DNA from: a virus
Length of the DNA: 64,000 nucleotides
Virus record (IMG/VR): IMGVR_UViG_3300020055_000005
Location: 1 to 64,000 of that record
Reading direction: 5' to 3' (one strand)
The notes below the pieces were generated by a model, which saw nothing but the letters and a program-made list of their open reading frames with translations, did not search any database and was not told the origin of the DNA. Each line of letters starts with the position of its first letter. The stretch's first letter is position 1. This document shows, in pieces, positions 45,678-56,581 of this stretch. Both the position numbers and the translations under genes were made by a program.

Positions 45678-47150
45678 TTACATTTCGACGATAAGTTTAA
45701 TATCTTCGATCTGATCAGCGGCACGTGTTACTGCACCTCTGTTTTCAATATACATGATGTTTCCACTGTATCTTTCTACTTCAGGATGAACTGTACTGAT
45801 ACCACTGGAACCAATTGTTGCAACTTCAACTGCATCAACATATACAGAATCTGAGTTTACAAAACTCACATATTGTCCACCTGAGTTTGCAACAGGTATG
45901 TATTTGACAATTGCATTTGTTGAATCGACAGATACCACTCTACCAACTGCTACTGATGCACCATTTGTTTGTGCATTTTGAATTAAGTCATCAACACTGA
46001 TATTTGCAACGTTTGATGCAACAAATTGATGATATGCAGTCAATGTATCACTTGTAGATACGGTAGTTGTTCCTAGATTGAATGGGTCTTGAATTAGACC
46101 AATTCTTCTGAAGTCGTTATCTGTTGGGAAGTCACCTGCACCTTCGTTAAACTCTAATCTTGAGTTGACAATAATGTAGTTACCACCTAGTTCTTCTACA
46201 GGGTCTGCACCATGTCCAATTAACGGTGATATAATAACTTTTACAGCACCATTTGAACCTGCCCCAATACCTGATATACTTGCGATATCGACTGATGCAC
46301 GTTTATAACCTGAACCTTCTGTTGATACTTCAACGTGTGAAATTGCACCACCCACTACGTGAACTGTACATACACCGTTTTGACCGTCACCTAAAATAGG
46401 GACTCCTGTATATCCTGAAGAAGGAGAGTCGTTATAACCTGTTCCACCAGCAGTTACCACAATGTGATGCACAGCACCATCAACTGCTTGGTTTTCAACA
46501 TCCCATTGAGATGAACCATCATCGGTGGCAGCAGTACCGAGTCCAGTTTCACCATAAATTTCTGTTTGAGCACCAAGTGTCTTAACAGGGATGAAATCGT
46601 TTGTTACGAATTTAATTGTATCTGAAGCGGAGACTGAGTACATATATTTCCAAATGTATCCTCTACCAGTTGCGGCACCTGTATCAGATGTCTCGACTAA
46701 TGAAGTTGGACTTGTACCTGAAGGTTTAACAGTTGAAGCAACCACTGAACCACTAGAATCTCTACCAGTTCTAATACACTTGTATACGTGATACTCATCT
46801 GTAATTACATAGAATGTTGCATCATACAAGTTAGTAGCACCTGATGCTACGCCTGGGTTTGATGAAGAGATATCATGTTGATACTCATCATAAGATGTAT
46901 TCTCTGCCCAGTTTCTTCTAACTAAACCGTGTGATACATCGGCTGTAGTTACTTTCTTGAGTGCAATCATATCTGAGAATGCATCTACTTCTTCTCCTAC
47001 TGAGTTTGCAGGTGAAGGAGGTGAATTCTCATCCGTCCAGTCGAATGAACGACCAATAAAAACATACGTTGAAGAAGCTGCTTCTCCAAAGTCTTCTCTG
47101 AATTGTTTCGCATTGTGGACACGAAACTTTTCTGTTATAATAGCTGCCAT
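45678..47150 (-). CDS. gp8: Baseplate wedge protein
   Basis: FYV.T....VYKC, GY.WKYMY, GHG.DP..ELG and NDFRRIG motifs; late promoters at 47170-47177 and 47181-47188. Confidence 0.9.
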   Translation of the reverse strand: MAAIITEKFRVHNAKQFREDFGEAASSTYVFIGRSFDWTDENSPPSPANSVGEEVDAFSDMIALKKVTTADVSHGLVRRNWAENTSYDEYQHDISSSNPGVASGATNLYDATFYVITDEYHVYKCIRTGRDSSGSVVASTVKPSGTSPTSLVETSDTGAATGRGYIWKYMYSVSASDTIKFVTNDFIPVKTLGAQTEIYGETGLGTAATDDGSSQWDVENQAVDGAVHHIVVTAGGTGYNDSPSSGYTGVPILGDGQNGVCTVHVVGGAISHVEVSTEGSGYKRASVDIASISGIGAGSNGAVKVIISPLIGHGADPVEELGGNYIIVNSRLEFNEGAGDFPTDNDFRRIGLIQDPFNLGTTTVSTSDTLTAYHQFVASNVANISVDDLIQNAQTNGASVAVGRVVSVDSTNAIVKYIPVANSGGQYVSFVNSDSVYVDAVEVATIGSSGISTVHPEVERYSGNIMYIENRGAVTRAADQIEDIKLIVEM

Positions 47151-47191
47151 TTTTAATAATCTCCTAAGATATTTATATACTATTTATAAAC

Positions 47192-50100
47192 CTACGCAGA
47201 ATTTACATAGGCACTAAATGCAATATTTGTTCTTTTTCTTTCATGAAGTGGGTAATCAGGAATATGCATTGCAGGAAAGTAAGTTTCATAATCTGAAATT
47301 CTAATACCTTCTGATTTAGTTTCTTCAGACATGAATACACCTGTTCCATCTTCTAATAAGAAGTCATCATTATCCGTCTCATCTTTGATGAAGTACGCAA
47401 TACGATAACTTCTTTGACTCTGTATTTTATTTAGTGTTCGTAAAGTATGGCCTAAAGGTGTAAATGTACTAATGTTATTTTCTGAAGATAGTTCATGCAC
47501 CATCGGTGATTCATCTTCCATAACAAGTCTATTCCAATCCTCAGTATATAAATTGTTATCAAATAAATCTATTGATCTTTCACTAACAAAATAATGAGTT
47601 TCCATCTCTACTGTTGCACTTTCTAAAATTGCAACATCGTCATTTTCTAATCTAATACGATCACCATGTGTTCCTTTTACATTTGCATCTTTATCAGGTT
47701 CAAATCGTATATGGTGTACGTGTTCTTCTAATAAAATTTTATGACCATCTTCTAATACAAGTATTTCATCTTCTTTAGTATATGATGAGAATATCTTTCC
47801 TTGGTCTGATGGTCTTCTTTCAGGTGTAGACCCAAACTGATTTATTGGTGTTTGCATCTCTCCATGGTTGTCATCTGAACGACATAGGTTCAAGACTGAC
47901 ATCATGTCATCCAGTCTAGGTGAATACTGAACTGGAGTATGTGCGAGTGATGCTATAACATTAACGTTAAAGTGTCTGTTCTTACTTTCTGTGTCATAGT
48001 ATTCTGCACGTTCACCTAAGTCAATACCAGCAGGGTTAGTAATATGGTCGACACCAAGTACCGTTCCAGTTGTATTAACTCCATTTGTTACAACTGCTGA
48101 TGTTGTTGTTAATGGATATGACACTGAAGTGTCTACTGTTGGTGTGTTGTTCTCTAATCCAGCAGGCATTAACACCAATAATGGGTCAGGTGTAGTGTCT
48201 TCCATTCGGAAGTAGTTTGATTGACCTGAAATAAATCCTGTTGTCTTATCTTCCAATACAGGTTTATACCCATCTTCAAATATAATATCTCCGTGTGGGA
48301 AAAAGTCATGTAACTCAATTTCTCTACTTGAGTTATAGAATGCTTGTGATATTCTAGTAGAGTCAAGTTCTTGAATCATTCCTCCACCACTAATATAACC
48401 ATCCATCTGATCGTAGAAACCATCTAAGAGAATTCTACCTAAAGATTGTCCAAATGTTTGAGAGTTGATATCCTGATCGTCCTCTAGAACAATATTAAAT
48501 TCTTCAGTATCACCGTGGATGATAATTGTAGGTCTAAAAGTAGTTTGAAGATCAAGTGAATTATCAATTGGGTCACCAGTTACTGGGTCTCTATCGACTG
48601 GTATGTTTACATTAGTAAGTGTAGTATCTTCACCGAACTGAGAGTTAGTGTCAGCAGAGACCACAACCTTTTTAATTGCAACTTCACCAAAGAAGATATG
48701 TCCAGCAGGATGTAATAAATCTTTTACTGCGGCTCTCCACTTGTTGATTGATTCTCCAATCTTAACAACATAGGAGTGTGATTGATAATAAAGGTTATCG
48801 TGTATATTAGATGCAGTTACAGATAACTGTCCTCTGTCACCTAGTGTACCTTCTTCAATAATACCTTCACCACCAACTAAACCTCTTCCGTCAAAACGGA
48901 AGTTCTTGATAACTTCAAAGGAATCTGTAAGATTAAAGTTAACCTCTTCTCCATCTAAGAAGTCACCATCTAAATCTGTATATGTTAATATGTGTCTGTC
49001 ACTATCATAACTAACAACTGATGCAGTTGTACCTGATGCTTCACCAGTTATTACAATTCCAGTAGTTAGACTTGTTGAAGGTGTTTTAATTAACATAGGA
49101 TGGTGAGATGATGATGCAACTAAACCATCTTCACTAAAGTTATAACCTTGTGATTCTATATTAATCGAACCAACACCACCGATAGTACTTGACCATGCAA
49201 ATAGTTTTGCACCTGTACCACTTGATACGTTTACTTGTTTTGCAGTTTGTTGATTTAAAGATACTGCACCTTTTATGATTTTACTTGCAACGAAAGTTCC
49301 TGTGTCTGTTGATCTTCTTGCAACTATTAATCTGTTTCTATCTTTTTCAATTTTTAAAAGTAGACCAGTTGCACTAACTGTAACACCGTCACCTTCTATT
49401 TGTTGAAGTTCTTCTCCTAGTTGATACCCACTTAAATCATCAACAAAAATATATCCACCAGTGTAAACTTTCGGTACTGTTCTATACCCATGTCCACCGT
49501 TATGAATATTAATTGTTCTAATTCTTGAATCGGTTGTTTCTAAATTGATGCGAGTTCCGTCTTCGTATGTTAGATTATTGAATTCTTGATAGATATCAAC
49601 TGTTTCTCCTCCTACTAGAGGTGTGTTTAAAACAATCCTATCATTTTTTCTTGTATAACCTAATACTGCATCACTTCTTGCATATTCGATTCCATCAACA
49701 AAGACTCTAACCTTCTCATCATTAAAGATGAGATTGAAACCATGATTGTCTTTACCAGTAAATAATGTTTGACCTGCAGTTGCTGTGAACTCAAATTGAC
49801 CATATACATCTTTATTTTCTAAAATTATTTCATCACCAACTGAACCAATAATTGCACTTGCACTTCCAGCTCCTTGTTGACCTGCATCATCAAACACCAA
49901 TTGTTGTGGTAGACCAATTTGTAAAATGTCTCCACTACTTAAACTTAATTTTTCATTGACTCTCATAGATGTTCTATCATCTGAGATTTCAACTACTTGT
50001 ACTCTTGGAAGATATGTACCAAAAACTTCTTGACCAACTCTGATTGAAGTGTCTAATGGTTGAGAGAAAATAAGTAAATCAGAACTTGTTGATTGTTCAG

Positions 50101-51721
50101 AAACTACTTTGTTTCCATCTTCATAGACGAGGTCTTGTAAATCTTCTGTTAACAGTTGATCAACTGTACCATCACAAACTGCAGTGAATGTGTTATGGAA
50201 TCCAGTACCTGCATCTTCAATGTAAATGTGTTCGATTCCACCACCGACTAGTGCATCTACAATACCTGTTGCTTTGACTGCATCTTTATCTCTATTTGAA
50301 CCAACAAAATCTATTCTATCATTAAGTTTATAGAGTGAACCTCTTTGATCAAGTTCGTATACAATACCTGAACTTGCATTTCTAATAATAGTGTCATTAG
50401 GAACGTCAGTTTCCAAACCTGTACCAAAAGGTTGATTTATTTGTTCAATAGTAAGTATACTTAAATCTTTAATATCAATAATACGATATTGTGTAGTGTG
50501 ATTATCAAACTCAACAATATCACCTTCACTAAATTTACCCACATAACTACCACCATTATCCTCTGAGATAATGTTAATGTTTATTTCTTGTTTACCTTGT
50601 AGTTGTTCTTGGGTAGTTTTAGATAGAATTGTTGTTTCTAACACTACAGTGTCTTCGTCATCCGTTTTCATATACGTACTTGACTGTCCGTATTTTACGT
50701 CACTAACGACACCTAAGATTCTTGCGAACTCACTTGTAACACCATCTCTATCTAAAAGTGTTACAGTTCCATTGTTTGTAAAGGTACCTATGTGATTGTC
50801 TGTTATCTCTAATGAGTAAATACCTTTATCTGATTCTAATACATATACGTTTTCAACTATAGACTCTGCAACTTTAACTGTAGACCCAGGCTCATATTGT
50901 ACAATCTTGTCTGTTGCGACAGGTAATGCACTTTCATTTTCCATCCTGATGACCATACGTCTTCTCTGACTAAAGTCAGATGTTGACAGATGAAGTGTCT
51001 CATCTACAGGATAACGTATTTCAGCGTCCTCTGCAAAGAGGATACGCATTAAAAACTTGAGTGACTCTTCTGTTCCTTTCTTCTTGTATAAAGAAGTCAT
51101 ATTCTTTATTGCAAGACGTTTACTCTTAATGTTATTAATGTTTAATGAAGGAACAAAGTCTTTCGTAAAATACTCTAAGAATTGTTCAGTTGTATGATCA
51201 ATATCTGAATAATCTAAGAGTCTGTTTTGTGCGAGTATGGTATTTTCTTTATATGTTTTTACAACACCAGTACGATTACCATCTCGTCCTTGTATAGTTT
51301 CGCCTGGCGCAAATCCATTTCCTGATATTGCATTTAGATATAACGTAAGTCCGTTGATAACTGTTACCTGTGCAACGGAACCACTGGTTTGACCAATGAT
51401 ATATTCTCCAACTTGAAACGGTTCAACCCCAACTAGTACACTATTAATACTTTTGGTTTTTTCTTGAACAATTTTAGATGTTGCAGAATCAGGAGATGGT
51501 GCAGTGGTAAAGGGTTCCAAAAGAATGGAACCCTGACCATCTTCTAAAAGAATGTCCCCTATCTCTTCTTCAGATTCGAGGACAATTATTTCGGATTCTA
51601 GATACTCAAAATATGCTTTTAAAAACTGTTCGAATGCAGGAGATTCCTCCTGAATAAAATTCGGTATCAGTTGCGATAATCTATGAGATAGTTTATCTAT
51701 TACAAAGTTATCGTGAGACAT
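47192..51721 (-). CDS. Baseplate wedge initiator (gp7-like) with many LLEDG motifs
   Basis: FL.AYFEYLE, LY..KGT.ES..FL.RIL and YYQ.HSYV.K...LHPAG...FGE motifs. Confidence 0.8.
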   Translation of the reverse strand: MSHDNFVIDKLSHRLSQLIPNFIQEESPAFEQFLKAYFEYLESEIIVLESEEEIGDILLEDGQGSILLEPFTTAPSPDSATSKIVQEKTKSINSVLVGVEPFQVGEYIIGQTSGSVAQVTVINGLTLYLNAISGNGFAPGETIQGRDGNRTGVVKTYKENTILAQNRLLDYSDIDHTTEQFLEYFTKDFVPSLNINNIKSKRLAIKNMTSLYKKKGTEESLKFLMRILFAEDAEIRYPVDETLHLSTSDFSQRRRMVIRMENESALPVATDKIVQYEPGSTVKVAESIVENVYVLESDKGIYSLEITDNHIGTFTNNGTVTLLDRDGVTSEFARILGVVSDVKYGQSSTYMKTDDEDTVVLETTILSKTTQEQLQGKQEININIISEDNGGSYVGKFSEGDIVEFDNHTTQYRIIDIKDLSILTIEQINQPFGTGLETDVPNDTIIRNASSGIVYELDQRGSLYKLNDRIDFVGSNRDKDAVKATGIVDALVGGGIEHIYIEDAGTGFHNTFTAVCDGTVDQLLTEDLQDLVYEDGNKVVSEQSTSSDLLIFSQPLDTSIRVGQEVFGTYLPRVQVVEISDDRTSMRVNEKLSLSSGDILQIGLPQQLVFDDAGQQGAGSASAIIGSVGDEIILENKDVYGQFEFTATAGQTLFTGKDNHGFNLIFNDEKVRVFVDGIEYARSDAVLGYTRKNDRIVLNTPLVGGETVDIYQEFNNLTYEDGTRINLETTDSRIRTINIHNGGHGYRTVPKVYTGGYIFVDDLSGYQLGEELQQIEGDGVTVSATGLLLKIEKDRNRLIVARRSTDTGTFVASKIIKGAVSLNQQTAKQVNVSSGTGAKLFAWSSTIGGVGSINIESQGYNFSEDGLVASSSHHPMLIKTPSTSLTTGIVITGEASGTTASVVSYDSDRHILTYTDLDGDFLDGEEVNFNLTDSFEVIKNFRFDGRGLVGGEGIIEEGTLGDRGQLSVTASNIHDNLYYQSHSYVVKIGESINKWRAAVKDLLHPAGHIFFGEVAIKKVVVSADTNSQFGEDTTLTNVNIPVDRDPVTGDPIDNSLDLQTTFRPTIIIHGDTEEFNIVLEDDQDINSQTFGQSLGRILLDGFYDQMDGYISGGGMIQELDSTRISQAFYNSSREIELHDFFPHGDIIFEDGYKPVLEDKTTGFISGQSNYFRMEDTTPDPLLVLMPAGLENNTPTVDTSVSYPLTTTSAVVTNGVNTTGTVLGVDHITNPAGIDLGERAEYYDTESKNRHFNVNVIASLAHTPVQYSPRLDDMMSVLNLCRSDDNHGEMQTPINQFGSTPERRPSDQGKIFSSYTKEDEILVLEDGHKILLEEHVHHIRFEPDKDANVKGTHGDRIRLENDDVAILESATVEMETHYFVSERSIDLFDNNLYTEDWNRLVMEDESPMVHELSSENNISTFTPLGHTLRTLNKIQSQRSYRIAYFIKDETDNDDFLLEDGTGVFMSEETKSEGIRISDYETYFPAMHIPDYPLHERKRTNIAFSAYVNSA

Positions 51722-51738
51722 CTAGATTAAGTTCCTAT

Positions 51739-52215
51739 TTAAGCAACAACAATAGTTGCATTGTTGTTAGCAACTGGTAACCATACAGAACCGTTCCAAA
51801 TTAAAACACATCCATCTCCAGCATCTTCTAGTTGAATCTGAGGCGCAGATGCACCTGAAGCGAACCATGAAGATACAGTAATGTCTGCATCATAAGAAGC
51901 ATGCATTCCTGAACATGCGATGATTTTAATTTGACCAACATCAGTACCATTGTCTAATGTGAATGCAACGTCTGCTGAGAAGTTAGTACCATCGATGATG
52001 GTAATTGCAGTTGCAGCTAAATCTGTTGCAGCTGCTGTCTCAGTTGAGATGTCATTCAATGCAAGGTGAGTTGGAACGTTTTCAAAAAGTTGACCGATAG
52101 TCATCTTTTTGTTTACTGGGGTACCACTTGGGTTATCTACGATATGCAACAAGTCATCTGACCCAATATCTGAATCTGCGACTGATGATAACGCACTAAT
52201 TTTTTTATCTGCCAT
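51739..52215 (-). CDS. Small virion protein (MADKKISAL...)
   Basis: KIS.L/NKK.T motif; strong GGAGG RBS. Confidence 0.7.
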   Translation of the reverse strand: MADKKISALSSVADSDIGSDDLLHIVDNPSGTPVNKKMTIGQLFENVPTHLALNDISTETAAATDLAATAITIIDGTNFSADVAFTLDNGTDVGQIKIIACSGMHASYDADITVSSWFASGASAPQIQLEDAGDGCVLIWNGSVWLPVANNNATIVVA

Positions 52216-52285
52216 TCTATTTTCCTCCTATAATCCAATTGAATGGGAAACTACTCAGGGGACTCCTGACCACTTTCTTCATAAG

Positions 52286-54157
52286 TTAATATGATGTACT
52301 AGATGTAGTTGTAAACCCTACACCAGCACTCGTTTCACCACTTGCGATGGTGTCTACTTCACCTTTGACTTTAACATTTTCTATATCAATGTCAATCAAA
52401 CTACCCCTTGTTGCGACAACATCGTCACCGTCAGGGATAATAGTGAAGTCAATCGAGCTATCAACGTTCTTCGTGGAAGTAAACGTGATGGCGTTGATTG
52501 TAATAATTCCTTTAGTATAATCGATAGTACCTGCTTCTTTGTCTGCAAAGATTCTATTAGAACCTTGTAAGTAATATCTTCTTAATACTCCGTTTCCGTC
52601 ATCGTCAAAATATTGATCATTGACGGAATCTCCTTGTACTTTAAAACTTGTAGTAACTAATATACCACCTGAGGATGCATTATGTCCTGAGTGTGGATGA
52701 TAAAATGCGTTTCCAAACTTAACATCGTATCCTTGTTTTTTATTAGCTTCTACAACTCTTGCTTTACGTAATCTGATATTTGTAGTGTTTGATAATATAG
52801 CACTGTTTGCATCATCAACAGCCCTTGTTAGTTTTGAATGTCTAAACACTGCATCAAAGTTGTTTAGGTTTACATTATCATAGTTTGTAATTGCGTTTAA
52901 CACTACGGTCTCTAATTCACCACTTGTAAGATCAGTTTGTTTCTCATCATACTTGAATGTGGTAGAGATTAAAATTTTAGTTATGTCAGGAGATATAATA
53001 ATAGGTCTTACCGTTAATATGTTCAGTGCCTTTAATTTGTTCTCCACTTGTCTCTTTTCTGTGTCTGATAAGTAGTCTGCGTTTTTAGGTTTGATTGCAA
53101 GAAACACTTTACCATATTCAGGTGGGTCATTATCTTCACCACCCCACACTGCGATTGCATCTGCATTCGGATAGTATTCAGACACTTTACCTTTATAGTC
53201 ATTAAGTGTCACAAGTCTGTTTTGTGATGTGTAAAATTTGTTTGCCTTAAATTTAATTGAGTCAATAGATTCTTTCTCTGCACCACCTGTTGATGCAACT
53301 TTAGTTGATATGACTGCATCAACAAATCCGTTAATACTTTCTCTTAAATTAAATATGTTTGCACCATCAGCGTGTAATGCATCAACTATAATATAAGTTG
53401 CAGTGATAATGTCACCGTCCTTTAGTTGTTTACCTAATACCCCATCACCAAAATAAATTTCCGTATATCCTTCGTCGTTTTCTTGTGCATAATAAACTCT
53501 AGATTCAGTTGATACGTTTGATATATCAGTTGATAATGTGTATGTTTCTAATTGACCATCTGAGTCAACTGTAACTTTAAGGTGTGATTTATCTATTCTC
53601 AAATTTGAGAGTACATACTTACCATTCTTGATCTGAGAGTCATACACGTATTTGTCTGTCATGTACGAACCTTGAACAAGTTGTACGTCTGCATATTGAT
53701 ATGTATTACCATTTGCAACAGGTCTTACTGGATTTGAAACAACATACTCATAGTTTTTACCATCGTATGCAGTTGAAAATCTAGTTCCTCTAGGGATTGT
53801 CATTTCAGTAGTTGTAGGATATGTCTGATCAGCATTACGAACATTTCTTAGATTCATATCTACAATTGCAGAAGATGCCTTTTCTGATGCAGGAGTGAAT
53901 CCTAAATCTTTTGCACGTGCAACAACGTTCTTTCTTAGTTGTGCAGAATCTAAAAACAATTCAGAAGCTGCAAGGTTAGTGTTAATTGCACCAATATGTG
54001 CAGTGTATGCCATTAGATCAATGAGAATCGACATTGTTGAACCATCGAAGTCATAATCTTTAAATTTTTGTTGTCCCTTTAGATATGATTTAAGATTCTT
54101 TGCGATATCTTCAAAATCTAAATCTGAAACTGATATTTTTGAACTGTCTACTGCCAT
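52286..54157 (-). CDS. gp6: Baseplate wedge subunit
   Basis: LDF..I..NL, DYDFDGS, E.FLDSA, QNR.VT..DY and WGGEDN.PP.YGKV motifs. Confidence 0.96.
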   Translation of the reverse strand: MAVDSSKISVSDLDFEDIAKNLKSYLKGQQKFKDYDFDGSTMSILIDLMAYTAHIGAINTNLAASELFLDSAQLRKNVVARAKDLGFTPASEKASSAIVDMNLRNVRNADQTYPTTTEMTIPRGTRFSTAYDGKNYEYVVSNPVRPVANGNTYQYADVQLVQGSYMTDKYVYDSQIKNGKYVLSNLRIDKSHLKVTVDSDGQLETYTLSTDISNVSTESRVYYAQENDEGYTEIYFGDGVLGKQLKDGDIITATYIIVDALHADGANIFNLRESINGFVDAVISTKVASTGGAEKESIDSIKFKANKFYTSQNRLVTLNDYKGKVSEYYPNADAIAVWGGEDNDPPEYGKVFLAIKPKNADYLSDTEKRQVENKLKALNILTVRPIIISPDITKILISTTFKYDEKQTDLTSGELETVVLNAITNYDNVNLNNFDAVFRHSKLTRAVDDANSAILSNTTNIRLRKARVVEANKKQGYDVKFGNAFYHPHSGHNASSGGILVTTSFKVQGDSVNDQYFDDDGNGVLRRYYLQGSNRIFADKEAGTIDYTKGIITINAITFTSTKNVDSSIDFTIIPDGDDVVATRGSLIDIDIENVKVKGEVDTIASGETSAGVGFTTTSSTSY

Positions 54158-54579
54158 TATCGTACCCTACTTACTGAGAATTCTACTTGATTATTTCGTT
54201 TACCATTGATGATAGAATAGGTTACTGTAACATCTAATCTATTACTGTTTGTTACAGGTGCAAATCTTACACCAACATTAGTAACACGTGGTTCAATGAT
54301 TTCTATTTGTTCTTTCAGTTGTCTTTTAAGACGATTAATCTGTACAGAAGTGTCTAACTCAAACAATGCACTCTGTAGATTTCCACCAAAATTTGGTTTA
54401 AAAGGTCTTTCATATTTATTGGTTAATAGAATATTTCTAACTGCACGTCTTACTGCATCTGTGTCATACTTCAATGCAAGATCACCTGTAATAGGATGTG
54501 CCTTAAATTGCAAATCTAAATCTGCTGATGCAGGGTCAATCGCAACTGTCTTACCATTGGGTTTTACGTAATCTACCAT
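54157..54579 (-). CDS. gp25: Baseplate wedge subunit / sheath initiator
   Basis: A.RRAVRNILLT...ERPF.P.FG and EPRV motifs. Confidence 0.94.
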   Translation of the reverse strand: MVDYVKPNGKTVAIDPASADLDLQFKAHPITGDLALKYDTDAVRRAVRNILLTNKYERPFKPNFGGNLQSALFELDTSVQINRLKRQLKEQIEIIEPRVTNVGVRFAPVTNSNRLDVTVTYSIINGKRNNQVEFSVSRVR

Positions 54580-54605
54580 AATTCTATTTATGTCACCTTA
54601 CCTAA

Positions 54606-56576
54606 TTAAACTGCAAGTTGGATTGAAACTAATCCACTATTTGGTGCATCTGTAAACTGTATGATCTGATTTTCAACATCGATTGTGTATAGACTAGGGT
54701 CAATTAATTTATTACGAATAAAAACATCGACATTATTTGCAGTCATCGTTCCACCACCCTGCACATTGAAGTCTGTTTGACCGTCATCTGCAAATTCTCT
54801 GTCCTCTCCAAACACTGAAATAAACTTTCCTGCTTCAGGTGGAGTACTAAACACTATGTTACCACTACTTTCAGTGAAACCACCACTTTGTCTTACACCA
54901 TCTATAAACACGTATGTATTACTACCACTTCCTGCGATTGGGAATGTATCTCTTACACCATCTGTTTCAAATGCGTTTTCTGTTGGTTCAGTATCATCAT
55001 TATTAGTAGGTCTAGGTATTTTAGGTTTTTTCAGACTTGAATTTACTACTCCATCTATACTTGAAAGGGAAAGACCAATCGTTAGAGGTAAGAAACCAAT
55101 TAACTCTAAGAAATCACAGAAAGTTAAGAAGAGTACATCAAATATTTTACCTAATCCAATCTTATCTAAAAACTTCTTAATCTTTTTAACCCATAAGAAA
55201 AGAACTCTCTTGTACCAGTTTACTTTAAATTTTTCTAATGCAATCATCATATCTGCAATTTCTTCTTCAAGTGATTGTGCAGTTGATTCTATTTCTGCAC
55301 CTATGATTTCTCTTACAGTAAAACCAAAAATAGATAAACCTAAAATTTTATCTCGTATCATTTGTTGGAACTTTCTTTGTTCGTCCATTATTTGATCTTC
55401 TAATTCTTTACGTCCTTCTAAAAGAATCTCTCTCGCAGCCACATCACTTTTATAGGGTTCTTCTTCTAGTAACTTATCAATTTCATCGATTTGTAATTGA
55501 ATACCCAGTCTAGTTTTCTTAAACTCCTCTTTAATAATCTCTGTGACTCCATGAACCATTTCAGGAATATCCATTGATAATATGTCTGCAAGTTCACTGA
55601 AAGGTAAATCAGGTAATCCTAATAAATCCCATATTTCATCAAACAGGTCTATAAGTTTTTCAAATGCTTTAACGTGCCAGTTATTCAACCAATCTTCAAT
55701 TTCAGTTTGTATACACTGGAATGCTAACTGCGCTTTCGCTTCTACATCTAAAACACCATACTCTCCGTCAAATTGTCTACATGTGGAAGGTAAGAATGAG
55801 AATAGTTTATCAACCAATTGTGTTCTTAAATTTTCCTTGGTTAAAATATCACTTTCGATTCTTTCAATCTCTGCCTTTATTGCCTCTTCTTCTGCCTCTG
55901 TATATGCAATAGGGTCGTCTTTTAATTTACGTAGTTCTTCATGTTGATTTTCGATTTCACCTCTTAATCCCTGAATCTCTTTAACGATTTCACTTCCCAT
56001 TATCTGTGCTTCAATTTCTTTTTTATAGTTTGGTGAAGTGATAATTGCAATAATGTCTATAGATATTCCATAAACATTAATTGTAAAATTGATAGGGACA
56101 AATTTACTGATAAACTCTGCAATTTTTGCTGGAACGTATACGTGGAATTCTGCGAGGAATTTAGTTACTGCCTGATTCGCTTCTTGTTGCCAGTTTCTTT
56201 TTTGTCCGTCTTTTTGCCAGTAAGGTGAAAGAAGTTCCTCAATTTTCTCTTTAACCTTTTCAACTTCTTCTACCATCTCTTCAATCTCTTCTTCCAATGC
56301 AGTGAGGACAGGATAGATTGATGATTCTAATGCATTAATCTCTTCAATTATAGCATCCTTTTCTTCCTTTGTCAAATTTGGGTCATTTAATCTGTCCCAA
56401 AGTTCTTTTATTTCTTTTTCCTTTTCTGCCTTTTCTTCTAAGAATGCGGCTCTCAACTTCATTGGTAAAGAACCAATTGAATTCAATGCATTAACTATTT
56501 CTGCTTTAGATGGAAGGTCAAAGATGTCCCCTTCAGGACATACTATTGCTGTAGGAATCTCAATATTAATGGACAT
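54606..56576 (-). CDS. Large helical hypothetical protein with C-terminal beta modules
   Basis: Coiled-coil and amphipathic segments; VFIDGVRQ module; lies between gp5 and gp25. Confidence 0.7.
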   Translation of the reverse strand: MSINIEIPTAIVCPEGDIFDLPSKAEIVNALNSIGSLPMKLRAAFLEEKAEKEKEIKELWDRLNDPNLTKEEKDAIIEEINALESSIYPVLTALEEEIEEMVEEVEKVKEKIEELLSPYWQKDGQKRNWQQEANQAVTKFLAEFHVYVPAKIAEFISKFVPINFTINVYGISIDIIAIITSPNYKKEIEAQIMGSEIVKEIQGLRGEIENQHEELRKLKDDPIAYTEAEEEAIKAEIERIESDILTKENLRTQLVDKLFSFLPSTCRQFDGEYGVLDVEAKAQLAFQCIQTEIEDWLNNWHVKAFEKLIDLFDEIWDLLGLPDLPFSELADILSMDIPEMVHGVTEIIKEEFKKTRLGIQLQIDEIDKLLEEEPYKSDVAAREILLEGRKELEDQIMDEQRKFQQMIRDKILGLSIFGFTVREIIGAEIESTAQSLEEEIADMMIALEKFKVNWYKRVLFLWVKKIKKFLDKIGLGKIFDVLFLTFCDFLELIGFLPLTIGLSLSSIDGVVNSSLKKPKIPRPTNNDDTEPTENAFETDGVRDTFPIAGSGSNTYVFIDGVRQSGGFTESSGNIVFSTPPEAGKFISVFGEDREFADDGQTDFNVQGGGTMTANNVDVFIRNKLIDPSLYTIDVENQIIQFTDAPNSGLVSIQLAV

Positions 56577-56581
56577 ATCAT

